From the human T2T-CHM13v2.0 reference genome, Homo sapiens, in the NCBI RefSeq assembly GCF_009914755.1, contig NC_060926.1: 64,000 nt of DNA, one strand, 5' to 3'. Shown in pieces: positions 13,770 to 26,429 of this stretch. How positions within the stretch are numbered: the stretch's first letter is position 1; every line of letters starts with the position of its first letter. Made by a program: the position numbers and the translations under genes. The notes beneath the pieces were generated by a model, which saw only the letters and a program-made list of their open reading frames with translations, was not told the origin of the DNA and searched no databases.

Positions 13770-14650
13770 GCAATCACCCAGGCGGCAGATGCCAACAGCT
13801 TGAATCAGGGCATTGGTAATGGAAGAGGAAGAGCCAGGGCAGATGGAGAGTCATCATAAATAAAGGAAACTTGGTGGCACTCCAAAGATAACTGAGATGA
13901 GGGCGGCGAGCATAATGGCCGAGCTTCCAGCCCAAGTGAGGAGGGAGATGATGGCACCACTGATAGAAACTAGGGATGCATGAGAAAGCCAGACTGCAAT
14001 CAAGTGTGGGATCAAAAGGAGGCAGAGAGAGGCCGGCAACATGACTGGGTGGGTGTGGGGGGCGCGGACAGAGGGAAGGAAGGTGGTGAGGAGGAGGGGG
14101 AGGAAGAGGAAGGGGAGGAGGGGAGGAGGAGTCGGCAGACACATTGCTGCCTGGTGCAGGCAAAGTGCTGAGGTTAAAGGCTGGGCTAGAAGGGGTCTGG
14201 AAGCCATCCACCTTGAGGTGATGGCTCAGAAGGAGCCATTGCTACCCAAGGCAGAGGAGAGCAGCTGAAGAGGGAGGGGAGGAAGAAGAGGGTGGGAGAG
14301 GTCTCAGGAGAGCAGGCACAGTGCAGTGCTCTGGAAGCCAGGTGAGAAGGCTTCTGAAAAATGATCAACTTCAGCAGGATAAGGATGAGGAAATAGCCCT
14401 CGAAATCAGTGAGAAGGGCACCACTGATGACCTTGGAGAAGCACTCTTATGATACAGAGAGAAAAGCAGCATGAGGGAGTGGGTAGAAAATTATGAGTTG
14501 AAGATGGACCAATATGTTGCAGTAACGAGGAAGAGAGAGTGGAAGAGAAAGAAGGGGAGATCAAAGTGGAGGACAAGAGGGAAGAGGAGGAGAGGAGGAA
14601 GAGACAAAGGAGGAGGAGAAAGCGGAGGAAGTGGACATATGGAAGGAGCA
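13770..14650 (-). repeat. L2 fragment with embedded GA-rich low-complexity tracts
   Basis: gatggcaccactgatagaa..., gtgctctggaagccaggtgagaa..., gagaaagccagactgcaat; purine runs at 14070-14130 and 14525-14635. Confidence 0.55.
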
Positions 14651-14852
14651 GCAAGGAATTTCCAAATTACTGCTTGTTTGCAGGACTGGTTTTAAGATAG
14701 AGAAGGCCAGAGAATCCTTGTGAACAAGAAGCCAGGAAAGAAGCAGGGAGGGACAGGGAATATAGCAGAAAGAGGGAGACAAGGTTAGAAGCACATGATC
14801 CTGGAGGAAAATTGAAGAGGGAGTACATCAGGCTAAGTGTCTTAGTGTCTTG

Positions 14853-15325
14853 GCAGCATTATTCACAATAGCCAAAAGATGGAAATACTCCAAGTGTCTG
14901 TCAGCGCATAAAGGGATAAACAAAATGTGGTACATCCATACAATGGAATATTATTCAGGCATAAAAAGGAATGCAGTTATACCTGGTATAACCTGAATGA
15001 ACCTTGAAAACCTGCTAAATTAAAGACACCAGCCACAAAACTACACATCATATACTTGGACTTATCTCTAAAATGTCCAGAATAAATAAATCTATGGAGA
15101 CAGAATGTAGATGAGTGGTTGCCTAGAGCTGGGGGGTGGGGAGGATGGTAGGGCCACAGAGTGATAGCTAAAGGGTAGAGGGCCTCTTTCAGGGGTGATA
15201 AAATGCCCTAAAGCTGATTATGGTGATGACTGCACAACTCTATGAATATACTAAAAAGCACTGAATTGTAAACTTGCTGGTATGTGGATTGTATCTCAAT
15301 AAAGCTGTTATTTAAAAAAACAAAC
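14853..15325 (+). mobile_element. L1MB-type 3' end
   Basis: gcagcattattcacaatagccaaaa...tacaatggaatattattcagg...tatctcaataaagctgttatttaaaaaaa. Confidence 0.85.
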
Positions 15326-15772
15326 AAACTTTGGAGTCATTCACAACTCTCCACTTCCACTCACACCTCAGCACACCAGGAAGTGTTATCAGCTGTACCT
15401 TCAAAGACATCCCAAATCCAAAACGTCTCACTACTTCCAGCACCACAGTGGTCAAGCTGTCCTTATCTCTAGCCTGATAAATGCACATATTTTAAAAATA
15501 GCCTCCTAACTGGTTTTCCAATTTGTCCTCCCTATGTTTATTCTGCCCCAGACTCCACAGTGATCCTTTTAAGTGGAAAGTCCAATGGCTCAGCCCAGTT
15601 CATGCCCTCAGTGGCTTCCTGTCACTCTCAGAATGAGCTCCCTGTCCTTCCTTCCTGGCCAGGTCCAGGTTCCTTCTCAGCTTGCTCAGGTCTCATCATA
15701 GGTTCTCTCGGGCACTGTGCTCCGGCTCTTCAAACACGCTGGGCATATTCCTGCATCATGACCTTTGCACAT

Positions 15773-16075
15773 TATCTTGGTCCATTCAGGCTGCTAGAGC
15801 AAAATACCTGACACTAGGAAATTTACGAGGTGCATGCAGATTCAGTGTTTGGTGAGGGCCCATTCCTCATAGACGGCACCTTCGAGATGCCCTCACATGG
15901 CAGAAAAAGAAGGCAGCTCTCTGGGCCCTCTTTCATGAGGGTACTAATCCCATTCATCAGGTGAAGCTCTCATGACCCAATCACCTCCCAAAGGCTCCAC
16001 CTTCTAATACCAACACCTTGGTGATTAGGTTTCAACACAGGAATTTTAGGGAAACGCAAACACAGATCATAGCAC
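15773..16075 (-). mobile_element. MaLR LTR (MLT1A/MSTD-like), internally deleted
   Basis: tcttggtccattcaggctgcta...ggtactaatcccattcat...tcacctcccaaaggctccacc...ggtttcaacacaggaatttt. Confidence 0.8.
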
Positions 16076-16510
16076 TTGTGCATAGCATATAACTATTTCC
16101 TCTGCCTGCAATCCTATTCCCCTGATAGTCACACTGTTTACAAGCTCATTTTATTCAGTCTCTTCACAAACATTTCCCCTTCTAGGAGGCTTTACCTAGT
16201 CAACCTATCTGCAATCCTATTCCCATTTTTCTTCATCCCTTTACCCTGTTTTATTTTTTCTTCACAGCACCTATCACTCCTTGATGTCTGACAGCCTTCC
16301 TTCACTCCACATCTACTTTCTCCTTCCCCTGTAGTTCAAACTGATACTGTCTTTGATGGTAAAATCCCATCTCAATTCCTGGCTTCTGCTGAGATGGCTG
16401 ATTAAATCCATGAATCACATCCATGATCTCTTACCAAATGGTTGCTCAGCCATAACCTTAAGTATTCTCTTCAGAACAACTTCCCCATTTTTCCCATTTT
16501 TGCCATGATT

Positions 16511-16612
16511 ACACACACACACACACACACACACAGACACACAGACACACAAACACACTACATATATGCAAACATACACACGCATACACTGTATACACAA
16601 ATGCATATGCAT
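16511..16612. repeat. (CA)n-rich microsatellite
   Basis: Pure (AC)n followed by a degenerate CA/TA tract. Confidence 0.9.
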
Positions 16613-17217
16613 ATTGTCTAGTCATCTTCCTCACTGAAATATGACTTCCACGAGCACAGGGACTTTGCTTCATTCTCAATTGTATTCTCAGCACCCAGAA
16701 AAATCCCTGGCACATAGTACACATTCAGTAAATAATTATTGAATGAATAAGCCTTACTACAACTCCTTATGTTAAAGATGAGGAAACCAGAAGGAGTTAA
16801 GAAAGGTTAGGAGGATCACACAAGGTCACACAACCAGTAGGTAGAAGTGGTTAGCTTGAAGCCCTGACGTACCATGTCTCACTAGCTTTGTTTTGTTATT
16901 CTGAGCCCCAAGGGGTGCAATGTCTGGTCCTGAGAAGGGATGAATGACACAGGGGCAATACATTCATAGACCATTAGAAATGCCCATACCTTCCACTCTA
17001 TTCATAACTAACAGAAAATTCACAGACCATTAATATGTAGCAGTGAAACACACTCTTTGACTCAAAGATGGGCCCCGAGTGAAGAGGCCTGCATTCCGGT
17101 TTCCCCCATGAGCTTTGTGACCTTGATCAAGTCCCACAGCCTTATGGAGTCAATATTGCTTCCATGCTTCACACAGAGGTGAGTTCTGAGGTTTCTGCCA
17201 GTCTAAAACTCACAACT

Positions 17218-17530
17218 CATTTTTTACTTATTTATTTATTTTTGAGATGGGGGTCTCAGTCTGTCACCCAGGTTGGAGTGCAGTAGCACAATCATAGTTC
17301 ACTGCAGCCTCAAACACCTGGGTTCAAGCTAACCTCCTGCGGCAGCCTCTGAAATACCTATGACTGCAGGCACATACCACCATGCGCAGCTAAGCTTTTT
17401 TTATTTTTCATAGAGACAGGATTTCGCTATGTTGCCCAGACTGGTCTCAAACTCATGGCCTCAAGTTATCGTCCAGCCTCAACTTCCCAAAGCGCTGGGA
17501 TTAGAGACCTGAGCCACCACACCCAGCCTA
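17218..17530 (-). mobile_element. AluJ
   Basis: Antisense Alu with J-type features (cacaatcatagttcactgcagcctcaaac, tatgttgcccagactgg). Confidence 0.9.
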
Positions 17531-18659
17531 ACCTACTTTTTAAAACCTGCTTTCATGATCTGCTAATTCACTCACTTCTTGAGGTGAAAAAGGCTGGGTT
17601 TGGGGACACACAGAAAATTCTAATCGGGATTTGTCTCCAGCAGGAGGTGACCCATTTCAAACCAACAACGCAAAGGCACTGACACTTAGTCAGTGTGCAA
17701 AAGAGTAAATGTGGGAAGGGAACACGCGCAACAACATTCCCGTTGCCTCGGAAATAACGAGTTTTTAAAAATAGGCTGAAATCACCAATTAGTAGGAACA
17801 ATGTAGTGCTTTGAAGTTGAAAAATGCTTTGCATAATGCTAATAATATTTTGGCAGTGGTGGTTCTGAACTTGTATCACCGCTATTCTTTTCAGAAAAAG
17901 AAATAGCTCCTTTGAGGAAGAATTATATTCTTGAAATTAGAAGGCTTTTATAAAATGTTAATAAATCCTGATTAAAGAAGTTAAATTTCAACTTAATCAG
18001 CCATTGTGTGTTTACTATGTACAAGGCACAGGGCTTGGCACTGACATGATGGAAAACTCAAGAGGAATAGAATTGTTGCTGCCCTCGAGCCAGCTACAAA
18101 TTACACATGTGCTGTAGGGAGAAGCTGAGGGACAGAGGGAAGAGGAAGAAGAAATAAGAGAACTGAGCCCCTACCATACACCTGTATGGCTCATATAGAA
18201 TTGTATCTCATTCTATTCACCCATTCATTCATTCAGGAAGTCCTTATTGAGCACCTGCTTTGTGTCAGGCTCCAGGCTAGGTACTGGGTGTATGGATTGA
18301 CAACTGATCAGGTACTTGCATTCCTTCAATACCCATAACCAGCCATGATGAGACTTGTTCTAATCTCTTTGCAGAGATGAAGAAGCAGGCCCAGAGAGTT
18401 GCATAATCTTCCCAAGGAGCCCAGCTAGAAAAGGGTAAGAGTGGCAGCAGGATTTAAACTGCTGGCTCAGAAGCTGTGGCCAAGTGGAACAGATAAGGGT
18501 CTAGATTCCAGGGCAGACAGTATCAGGTTTGTACCTGACTCTGGCGCTTCGGGTTCATATAACTTCGGGCAATAAGCTACATGAACCTCTCTAGGAACCT
18601 TGTTCTGAATTGAATAGTATGATATTAGGGCTTGATAGGAAATAAAGAATATAGCCCAA

Positions 18660-19845
18660 TTTTAAAGGGGCACAATTCAGTTCACAGCATTCCACCTCTG
18701 ATTCTCCAAAATTCAGGTTCTTCTCATACACACAAAATACATTCATTCCTTCCCAACAGCCCCAAATGTCTCAACTCATTCTAGCATAATACCTAATATC
18801 TAAAGTCCTAAGTCTCATCCACATACCATCTAAATCAGATATGAATGAAACCCAAAGTGTGATTTATCCTGAGGCAAAATTCCTCTCCACACATGGACCT
18901 GTGAGATCAGACAAGTTATATGCTTCCAAATACAATGGTGGGACAGGTGTAGGATAGATATTCCCATTCCAAAAGGAAGAACTAGGAAGGAAAGAAGAGG
19001 TGGCAAGTCCCAAGCAAGTCTAAAACTCTAGCAAGGCAAAATCCATCAGAACATAACAGCTCAAGAGCAATCCTCTTTGGTATGATGCTGTGCCCTCCAG
19101 GCCCCTGGTGTGGCAGTGTCACCCCACAGCTTTGCAGGGCAGCCCTGCCCCAGAGACACTGGGCAGTTATTCAGGCCCATTGAAATCTGGGAGGCTGTCA
19201 TACCCTTAGAAACAAAGGAGGAAGCCTTGTCCCCAGACCTGGAGTAGAGGTGGGATTATACCATCTCTGTAGTGGGAGTTACAGCCCCGCTGATCTCTGA
19301 GTCTCCTTTGGGGCCCTCTTTCCCTTTCCTTGAAGAACAGCTCATATTCACAGCTGAATAGCTCTATATTCCACTCCTATAGATTCCAAGAAGTCCGACA
19401 GCCTTCCTTCATTCCACCTCTATTTTCTCTGTCCCCTTTAGTTCAAACTGAGAGTGTCTTTGATTGTAAAATCCCATCTCAATTCCTGGCTTCTGCTGAG
19501 ATTGCTGATTAAACCCATGAATCATATCCATGATCTCTTTATCAAATGGTTCCTCAGCCACAACCTTAAGTATTCTCTTCAGAACAACTTTCTCATTTTT
19601 TTGCAATATAGATAGATTGAGAATTTTCCAAATCTTCAAGTTCTGATCCGTTTTAGCTTAACAATTTCCTTTTCAATGCATCTCTCTCCTTTTGCATTTT
19701 ACTTGAGTAGTCAACAGGATCCAGCCTTTCAACACTTTGCTTGGAAATCTATTCAGCTAAATATATAATTTCATCACTAACAAATTCTACCTTTCACAAA
19801 ATACTAGAATGTAGCTCAGCCAAGGTTTTTGCCACTTTATAACAG
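18660..19845 (-). mobile_element. MaLR internal sequence (MLT1/MST-int) with an LTR remnant
   Basis: ggggcacaattcagttcacagca (LTR end), then attcattccttcccaacagccccaa...cttccaaatacaatggtgggacagg...attcccattccaaaagg. Confidence 0.75.
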
Positions 19846-20335
19846 AACCAATAGGAGATATACATAAAGAGATGTGTTATAAGGCATTGGTTCATATGAT
19901 TATGGAGGCTGAGAAGTCCCCATATCTACGGTCAGCAAGCTGGAGACTAAGGAAAGCCAATGATGCAATTCCAGTCTGAGTCTAAAGACCTAAGAACCAG
20001 GAGAGATGGTGTAAGTTCCCGTCTGAAAGCTAGCAGGCTCGAGACCCAAGAAGGGCCAATATTTCAACTGAAGTTGGAAGGCAAGAAAAGACCAATGTCC
20101 CAGCTCAAGGCAGTCAGGCAGGAGGAATTCCCTCTTACTCAGCCTTTTTGTTCTACTCAGGTCCTCAACCTAGGCCCACCCACGTTAGGAAGGGTAATAT
20201 TCTTTACATAGTCTACCAATTCAAATGTTAAACTTATCTAGAGACATCCTCATAGACACACCCAGAATAATGTTTGACCAAATGTCTCGGCACCCGCTGG
20301 CCCAGTCAAGTTGACACATAAAATAAACCATCACA
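19845..20335 (-). mobile_element. MLT2B-type ERVL LTR
   Basis: tatggaggctgagaagtcc...gcaagctggagac...cccagtcaagttgacacataaaataaaccatcaca terminus. Confidence 0.85.
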
Positions 20336-23300
20336 GAGACCTTTCTTTGATTCTGTTCCTCATATTAATTTTTCCACTAAACGTATTTCTAGAGCAGTCT
20401 GTATTTGCTGCTCACTCATTCTCATATCATGTCTACCTCCTGTTCAGCTCATCACTGCCAACCAGTATCACCTGGTGGGAGGTTGAGGTGGGTGGTCAGT
20501 CTAATAACTTATTGGCCACATGTAAACCATGAGGGTATGACAGCTCTAGACACAGTATTGCCCTACAGAGTGTTTGGCACCTCCTAACTACCCTTCTTGC
20601 TCCTGTTCTTACAGTCTTTTAAAGAGACCTCAAAGCTTCTGATATAGCCTATGTCAGGTCAATGTAATGGAAAACCACCACAGGCTTGAAAAACCTTGTT
20701 ACTAAGTTTAATAAACTCCTCTTAGATTTTCTTGCAGTAATTGATGCGGATGACAATCCCTTTCTTTTTGAAAGTATTGTGAGAAAGTTTCAAGAAAAAT
20801 ATCAATTACACTTCATTAAAATTTTCTGCTCAAAACAGAAACTTTACTGATCAAAATCTATAGTCCATTTAATATTGTGAAAACATGTATATGACTTCAT
20901 TAATATTTATAAGTTAAAAGATCACCTCCTGCTTCCAAGCAATTATATTAAGAATCAAAATGAAAACTAAAAGAGAAACTATAAACAAAAAGAGAGTAGT
21001 AAGTCCTCACCTATCAATAATTATTTTGAATGTACATGGATTAATTTTCCAGGCAGAAGACATAGAGTGGATGCATGAATTTTTTTAAGTCCTAATTATA
21101 TGATGCCTACCAGAGATTCACTTCACTTTTAAGGACACACATAGATCCAAAGTAAAGGAATGGAAAAAGACACTCCATGCAAGTGGAAACCAAAAGAGAG
21201 CAGGGATAGCTCCACTTAAATAAAATAAAATAGAATTTGAGTCAAAAACTGTAAAAAGAGGCAAAGATGGTCATTATATAATGACAAAGGGGTCAATTCA
21301 ATAAGAGGATATAACAATTATAAATATATATGTGCCCAACTTCAGAGCCCCTACATACATAAGGCAAATATGAATATATCTGAAGGAAGAGTTAGACTGC
21401 AATACAATAGCAGGGGACTTCAATACCCCACTTTCAAAATTAGAGAGACTATACAGACAGAAAATCAATAAGAAAACACCAGAGCTGGACTGTACTTCAG
21501 GCCAAATGGACCTAACAGTTATATACAGAGCATTCCACCCAACAGCAGCAGCATATACATTCTTCTCAAGCCACGTGGAGCATTCTCCAGAACAAATCAT
21601 ATGTTAGGCCAGAAGACAAGTCTACCAAATTTAAGAAGATTGAAATCACATCAATAATATTTTCATATTACAATGATATGAAAGTAGAAACTGATAACAG
21701 GAAGCATTTTAGAAAATTTAGAAATATATGAAAATTAAGCAACATGCTCTTGCACAACCAATAAGTCAAAGAATAAATCAAAAGAAAAATGTAAAAATAT
21801 CTTGAAACAAACAAAAATGGAAACACAACATACCAAAACTAATAGGATGCAGTTAAAGCAGTTCTAAGAGGAAAGGATGTAACAATAAATAACTACATCA
21901 AAAAAGAAAGATCTCAAATAAACAACCCAATGTTACATCTAAAGAAGCTAGACAAAGAACAAAGCCCAAAGTTAATATAAGGAAGGAAATAATGAAGATC
22001 AGATCAAAAATAAATAAACTAGAAACTAGAAAAACAATAGGAAAAATATCAACAAAACTAATCAGTTGTTTTTTTTAAAGATAAATAAAGTCAACAAAAC
22101 TTTAGCTAGACTAACAAAGTAAAAAAGAAGACTTAACTAAATAAAAACAGAAATGAAAGAGGGGATATTACAACTGATACCACAGAGATACAAAGGATTT
22201 GTTATACTATAACACAAAGAATTACTCTAATACTATAACCAGTAATACACCAACAAATTGGATAACCAAGAACAAATGCATAAATTTCTAGAAACATACA
22301 ATCTATCAAGACTGAATCATGAAGAAATAGAAAATGTGAACAGACCAAGAATGAGTAAAAGAGTGAGCCAGTAATAAAAAAGTCTCCCATCAAAGAAAAA
22401 TTCAGGAACTGATGGCTTCACTGCTGAATTGTATTAAACATTTAAAGAGCTAATACCAATTTTTCTCAAACTCTTCCAAAATATGGAAGAGAAGGCCAGC
22501 GTTACCCTGATACCAAAGCCAGACAAGGACACTATGACAAAAGAAAACTACAGGTCAATATCCCTGATGAACATAGAAGAAAAAATTCTCAAAAAAACAC
22601 TAGCAAACTGAATTTAATACCATATTAACAGAATCATTCACCACAATCAAGTGGGATTTATCCATGGGATGCAAGGAAGGATCAACATATGCAAATCAAT
22701 AAATATGATATATTACTTTAAAAGAATGAAGGGCAAAAACCACATCATCATCTCAATAGATGCAGAAAAAGCATTTGACCAAATTTAGCATCCTTTCATG
22801 ATAAAAACTCTTAACAAACTAGGTATAGAAGGAATGTAGCTCAACACGATAAAGGCCATATATGACAAGCCCAAAGCTAACATCATACTCAGTAGTAAAC
22901 AGTTGAAAGATTTTCCTCTAAGATCAGGAATGAGTGGCCCACTCTCACCACTTCTATTGAACATATAACTTAATATACTAGCCAGAGCAATTAGGCAAGA
23001 AAAAGAAATAAAACACTTCCAAATCAGAATGGAAGAAGTTAGACTGTTTGCTGATGACATGACCTTATATATAGAAATTATTTAAAACCCCACAAAAGGA
23101 CTGCTACAATTAATAAATGAATTCAGTAAATATGGAGGATACAAAATGAACATACAAAATGCAGTAGCATTTCTGTACACTAACAATGACCTACCTAAAA
23201 AATAAATGAAGTAAACAGTTTTCTTTATAGTAACTACAAAATAAAATACTTAGAAATACATTAAACCAAGTAGGGGAAATATCTGTAAATTTAAAACTAT

Positions 23301-23727
23301 AAAATTCTGACAAAAAAATTGAAGAAGACAAAAATAAATGGAAAGATTTCCTGTGTTCATGGATGGGAAGAGTTAATATTGTTAAAATGTCCATTTTATC
23401 TAAAGCAATCTACAGATTCAATGAAATTCCTACAAAAATTCCAATGACATTTTCCACAGAAATTTTAAAAAAATTCTAAAATTTGTATGGAACCACAAAA
23501 GACTCCAAATAGCTAAAATCAATCTTGAGTAAAAAGAGCAAAGCAGGAGGGATCACACTACCTGATTTCAAAATATACTACAAAACTATAGCAATCAAAA
23601 CAGCATGGTGCTGGCATGAAAACAGATGCATACTAATGGAACACAACAGAGAGCTTAAAAACAAATCTATGCTTTTGCAGTCACTTGATTTTCAACAATG
23701 ATGCCAAGAACATAAAATGGGGAACAG

Positions 23728-24026
23728 GGCCAGGTGCAGTGGCTCACACCTGTAATCCCAGCACTTTGGGAGGCCGAGGCGGGCAGATCACCTGAGGTCA
23801 GGAGTTTGAGACCAGCCTGGCCAATATGGTGAAATCCTGTCTCTAATAAAATTGAAAAATTAGCTGGGCATGGTGGTGGGTGCCTGTAGTCCCAGCTACT
23901 CAGGAGTTTGAGGCAGGAGAATCGCTTGAACCCAGGAAGCAGAGGTCACAGTGAGCCAAGATCATGCCACTGCACTCCAGCCTGAGCAACACAGCAAGAC
24001 TCCAACTCAAAAAAAAAAAAAAAAAG
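23728..24026 (+). mobile_element. AluSx-like
   Basis: Full Alu with A tail; degenerate TSD aaaatggggaacag / aaaattgggaatag. Confidence 0.95.
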
Positions 24027-24487
24027 GAAATTTAAAAATTGGGAATAGACAGTCTCTAAAATAAATGGTGGTGGGAAAACTGGACATCCACATGCAGAAG
24101 AATGAAATTGGACTCTGATCTCACATCATATGCAAAACATCAATTTAAAGACTTAAATATCAGATCTGAAACTGTTAAACAGAAAAAAAAAAAATAGAAG
24201 AGCTCTGTGGCAATTGTCTGTGCAATGATTTTTTTTGCATATAACCCCAAAAGCCCAGGCAACAAAAGCAAAAATAGACAAACGGGATTACATCAAACTA
24301 AAAAGCTTCTGCATGGCAAAAGAAGCGATCAATGGAGTGAAAATACAACCTGCAGAATAAGAGAAAATACTTGCAAACCACACGTCTGATAAAGAATTGC
24401 TATTTCAAATATATAAGGTATTCAAACAACTCAATAGCAAGAAAACAAATGAGCCAATTTTAAAAATGGGCAAAAAATCTGAATAGA

Positions 24488-24796
24488 CTTTCTTTCTTTT
24501 TTTTTTTTTTCTCTTCAAGACAGAGTCTCACTCTGTCACCCAGGCTGGAGTGCAGTGGCACAATCTCGGTCACTGCAACCTCCACCTCCCAGGTTCAAGC
24601 GATTCTCCTGCCTCAGCCTCCTGAGTAGCTGGGACTACAGGCACTTGCCACCACGCCCAACTAATTTTTTGTATTTTTAGTAGAGACCAGGTTTCACCGT
24701 GTTAGCCAGGATGGTCTCAATCTCCTGACTTCATGATCTGCCCTCCTCGGCCTCTCACAGTGCCAGGATTACAGGCGTGAGCCACCGTGCCCGGCC
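24488..24796 (-). mobile_element. AluSc-like
   Basis: Antisense Alu (gttagccaggatggtctcaatctcctgacttcatgatc); TSD ctgaatagacttt / ctgaataagcttt. Confidence 0.95.
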
Positions 24797-25267
24797 CTGA
24801 ATAAGCTTTCTAAAGAAAGACATACAAATGGCCAACAAGTATATGAAAGAAGACTCAAAATCACTGATCATCAGGGAAGTGTCAATTAAAACCACGATGA
24901 GATATCAAGTCACACCTGTCAGAATAGCTATTATCAAAAAGACAAAAGATAATATGTGTTGGTGAGGATGTGGAGGAAAAGGGACTCTTGAACACTGGGA
25001 ATGCAAAGTAGTGTAACTATTATGAAAAACAGTATTTAAGTTCCTCAAAAAACTAAAATAGAACTACTGCATGATGCAGTAATCTCCCTACTGGATATAT
25101 ATCCAAAGGAATTGAAATCAGTATTTCGAGGTGATATTTCCACTATCATGTTCATTGTAGCATTATTTACGAATAGTCAAGATATGGATTCAGTCTAAGT
25201 ATCCATCAACAGGTGAGTGAATAAAGAAAATGTGGTGTATATATACACAATAGAATACTATTTGGCC

Positions 25268-25522
25268 TTTTTTCAAAATTTCCATAGGTTTCGGGGGAAC
25301 AGATTGTGTATGGTTACAAGAGTAGGTTATGGCGATATGTAAGATTTCGATGCACCTACCACCCAAGCAGTATACACTGTACCCAACTTGCAGTCTTTTA
25401 TCTCTCACCCCCCTCCCGCCCTTTCCACCGAGTCCCCAAAGTCCATTGTATCATTCTTATGCCTTTGCATTCTCATAGATTAGCTCCCACTTATGAGTGA
25501 GAACATACGATGTTTGGTTTTC
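25268..25522 (-). mobile_element. L1MA1/2-type 3' end nested antisense in the larger L1
   Basis: atttccataggtttcgggggaacag...gcagtatacactgtacccaa...gagtccccaaagtccattgtatcattcttatgcctttgc. Confidence 0.85.
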
Positions 25523-26429
25523 AAAAGAAGAAAATTGTGTCATCTACAACAACATGAATCAACCTGGAGGACATTGTGCTAAGGGAAATAAGCCAGACAC
25601 AGAAGGAGAAATGCTGTGTGATACCACCTATATGATGACTCTAAAATAGGCAAACTCATAGAAGTAGAGAGAATGGTGATTACCAGGAGGGTAGGAGGAG
25701 GGGAGGACAAGATTGGAGAGATTTAAAAGAGTACCTAGGTTGGTCAAAGGATACAAAATCTCAGGAGGAATGCTTCCAGAGATCTATTGTACAACACCGT
25801 GACTATAGTTAGTCACAATGTATTATATCCTTAAAAAATGCTAAGAAAGTGGATTTTAAGTGTTCTCACCACAAAGAAATGACAAGTATGTTAGGTTAAA
25901 AAAAAAAAGAAAAAGAAAACTAAAGAAAAATGTTTATCACTTAACCAACTCAAAACCCAATCTGCCATATTCATGCATTCTAGATTACCCATAACTAAAA
26001 AAAAAATTTTGTACTGATACTTGACATAGAAATTAAAGCAAAAATGTCAAAAAATTTAACAAATTTGGAGCTGCAGATTCTTTGCTGAAAATATTTTCCC
26101 TTACCAAGAAACATTCTCCTCTCAAGAGAAATAAGCCTTGTGTCAAGACAACAATCCTTCTGTGAAGAGACTTTGTTGAGAGTTTTTGTTCTCTGGTGAC
26201 AACAACACAGTTTGAATTAATTCATTCATCAAACAAAATAATTTTGCATGATCAAACTTGTAATAATTAGAGCATAGTGGGATACATTTTCAAAAAGAAG
26301 GCACACTCCCCTCTGTTTGAAGGTTTTTGTGTATTTATCTGGTGTTTCGGAGGTTAATTAATTGATATTAATTAATTATAAATAGTTAACCCACAAAGAA
26401 AATGCAATTTTCCTATGGAAAAATAATTG

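Larger units (their letters stand above)
15330..16750 (+). repeat. L2 3' region, interrupted by an MLT LTR, a duplicated MaLR-internal piece and a CA tract
   Basis: L2-like segments at 15330-15770, 16080-16285 and 16613-16750; the last ends cctggcacatagtacacattcagtaaataattattgaatgaat. Confidence 0.7.
20979..25914 (+). mobile_element. L1MA-type LINE-1 from near the ORF2 start to the 3' UTR, degenerate, carrying two Alus and a nested L1
   Basis: Endonuclease-region DNA (acaatagcaggggacttcaataccccactttca), RT-region DNA (tcaatagatgcagaaaaagcatttgac; ctgtttgctgatgacatga = LFADDM), 3' UTR gagatctattgtacaac...tgttctcaccac; many stops and frameshifts. Confidence 0.92.

Noticed and set aside
13774-14695. 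Pro-rich and Glu/Arg-rich ORFs
   Set aside because: They translate GA-rich low-complexity and L2 sequence, with no domain signature or splice support.
21000-24400. Functional L1 ORF2
   Set aside because: Numerous stops, frameshifts, deletions and Alu interruptions.
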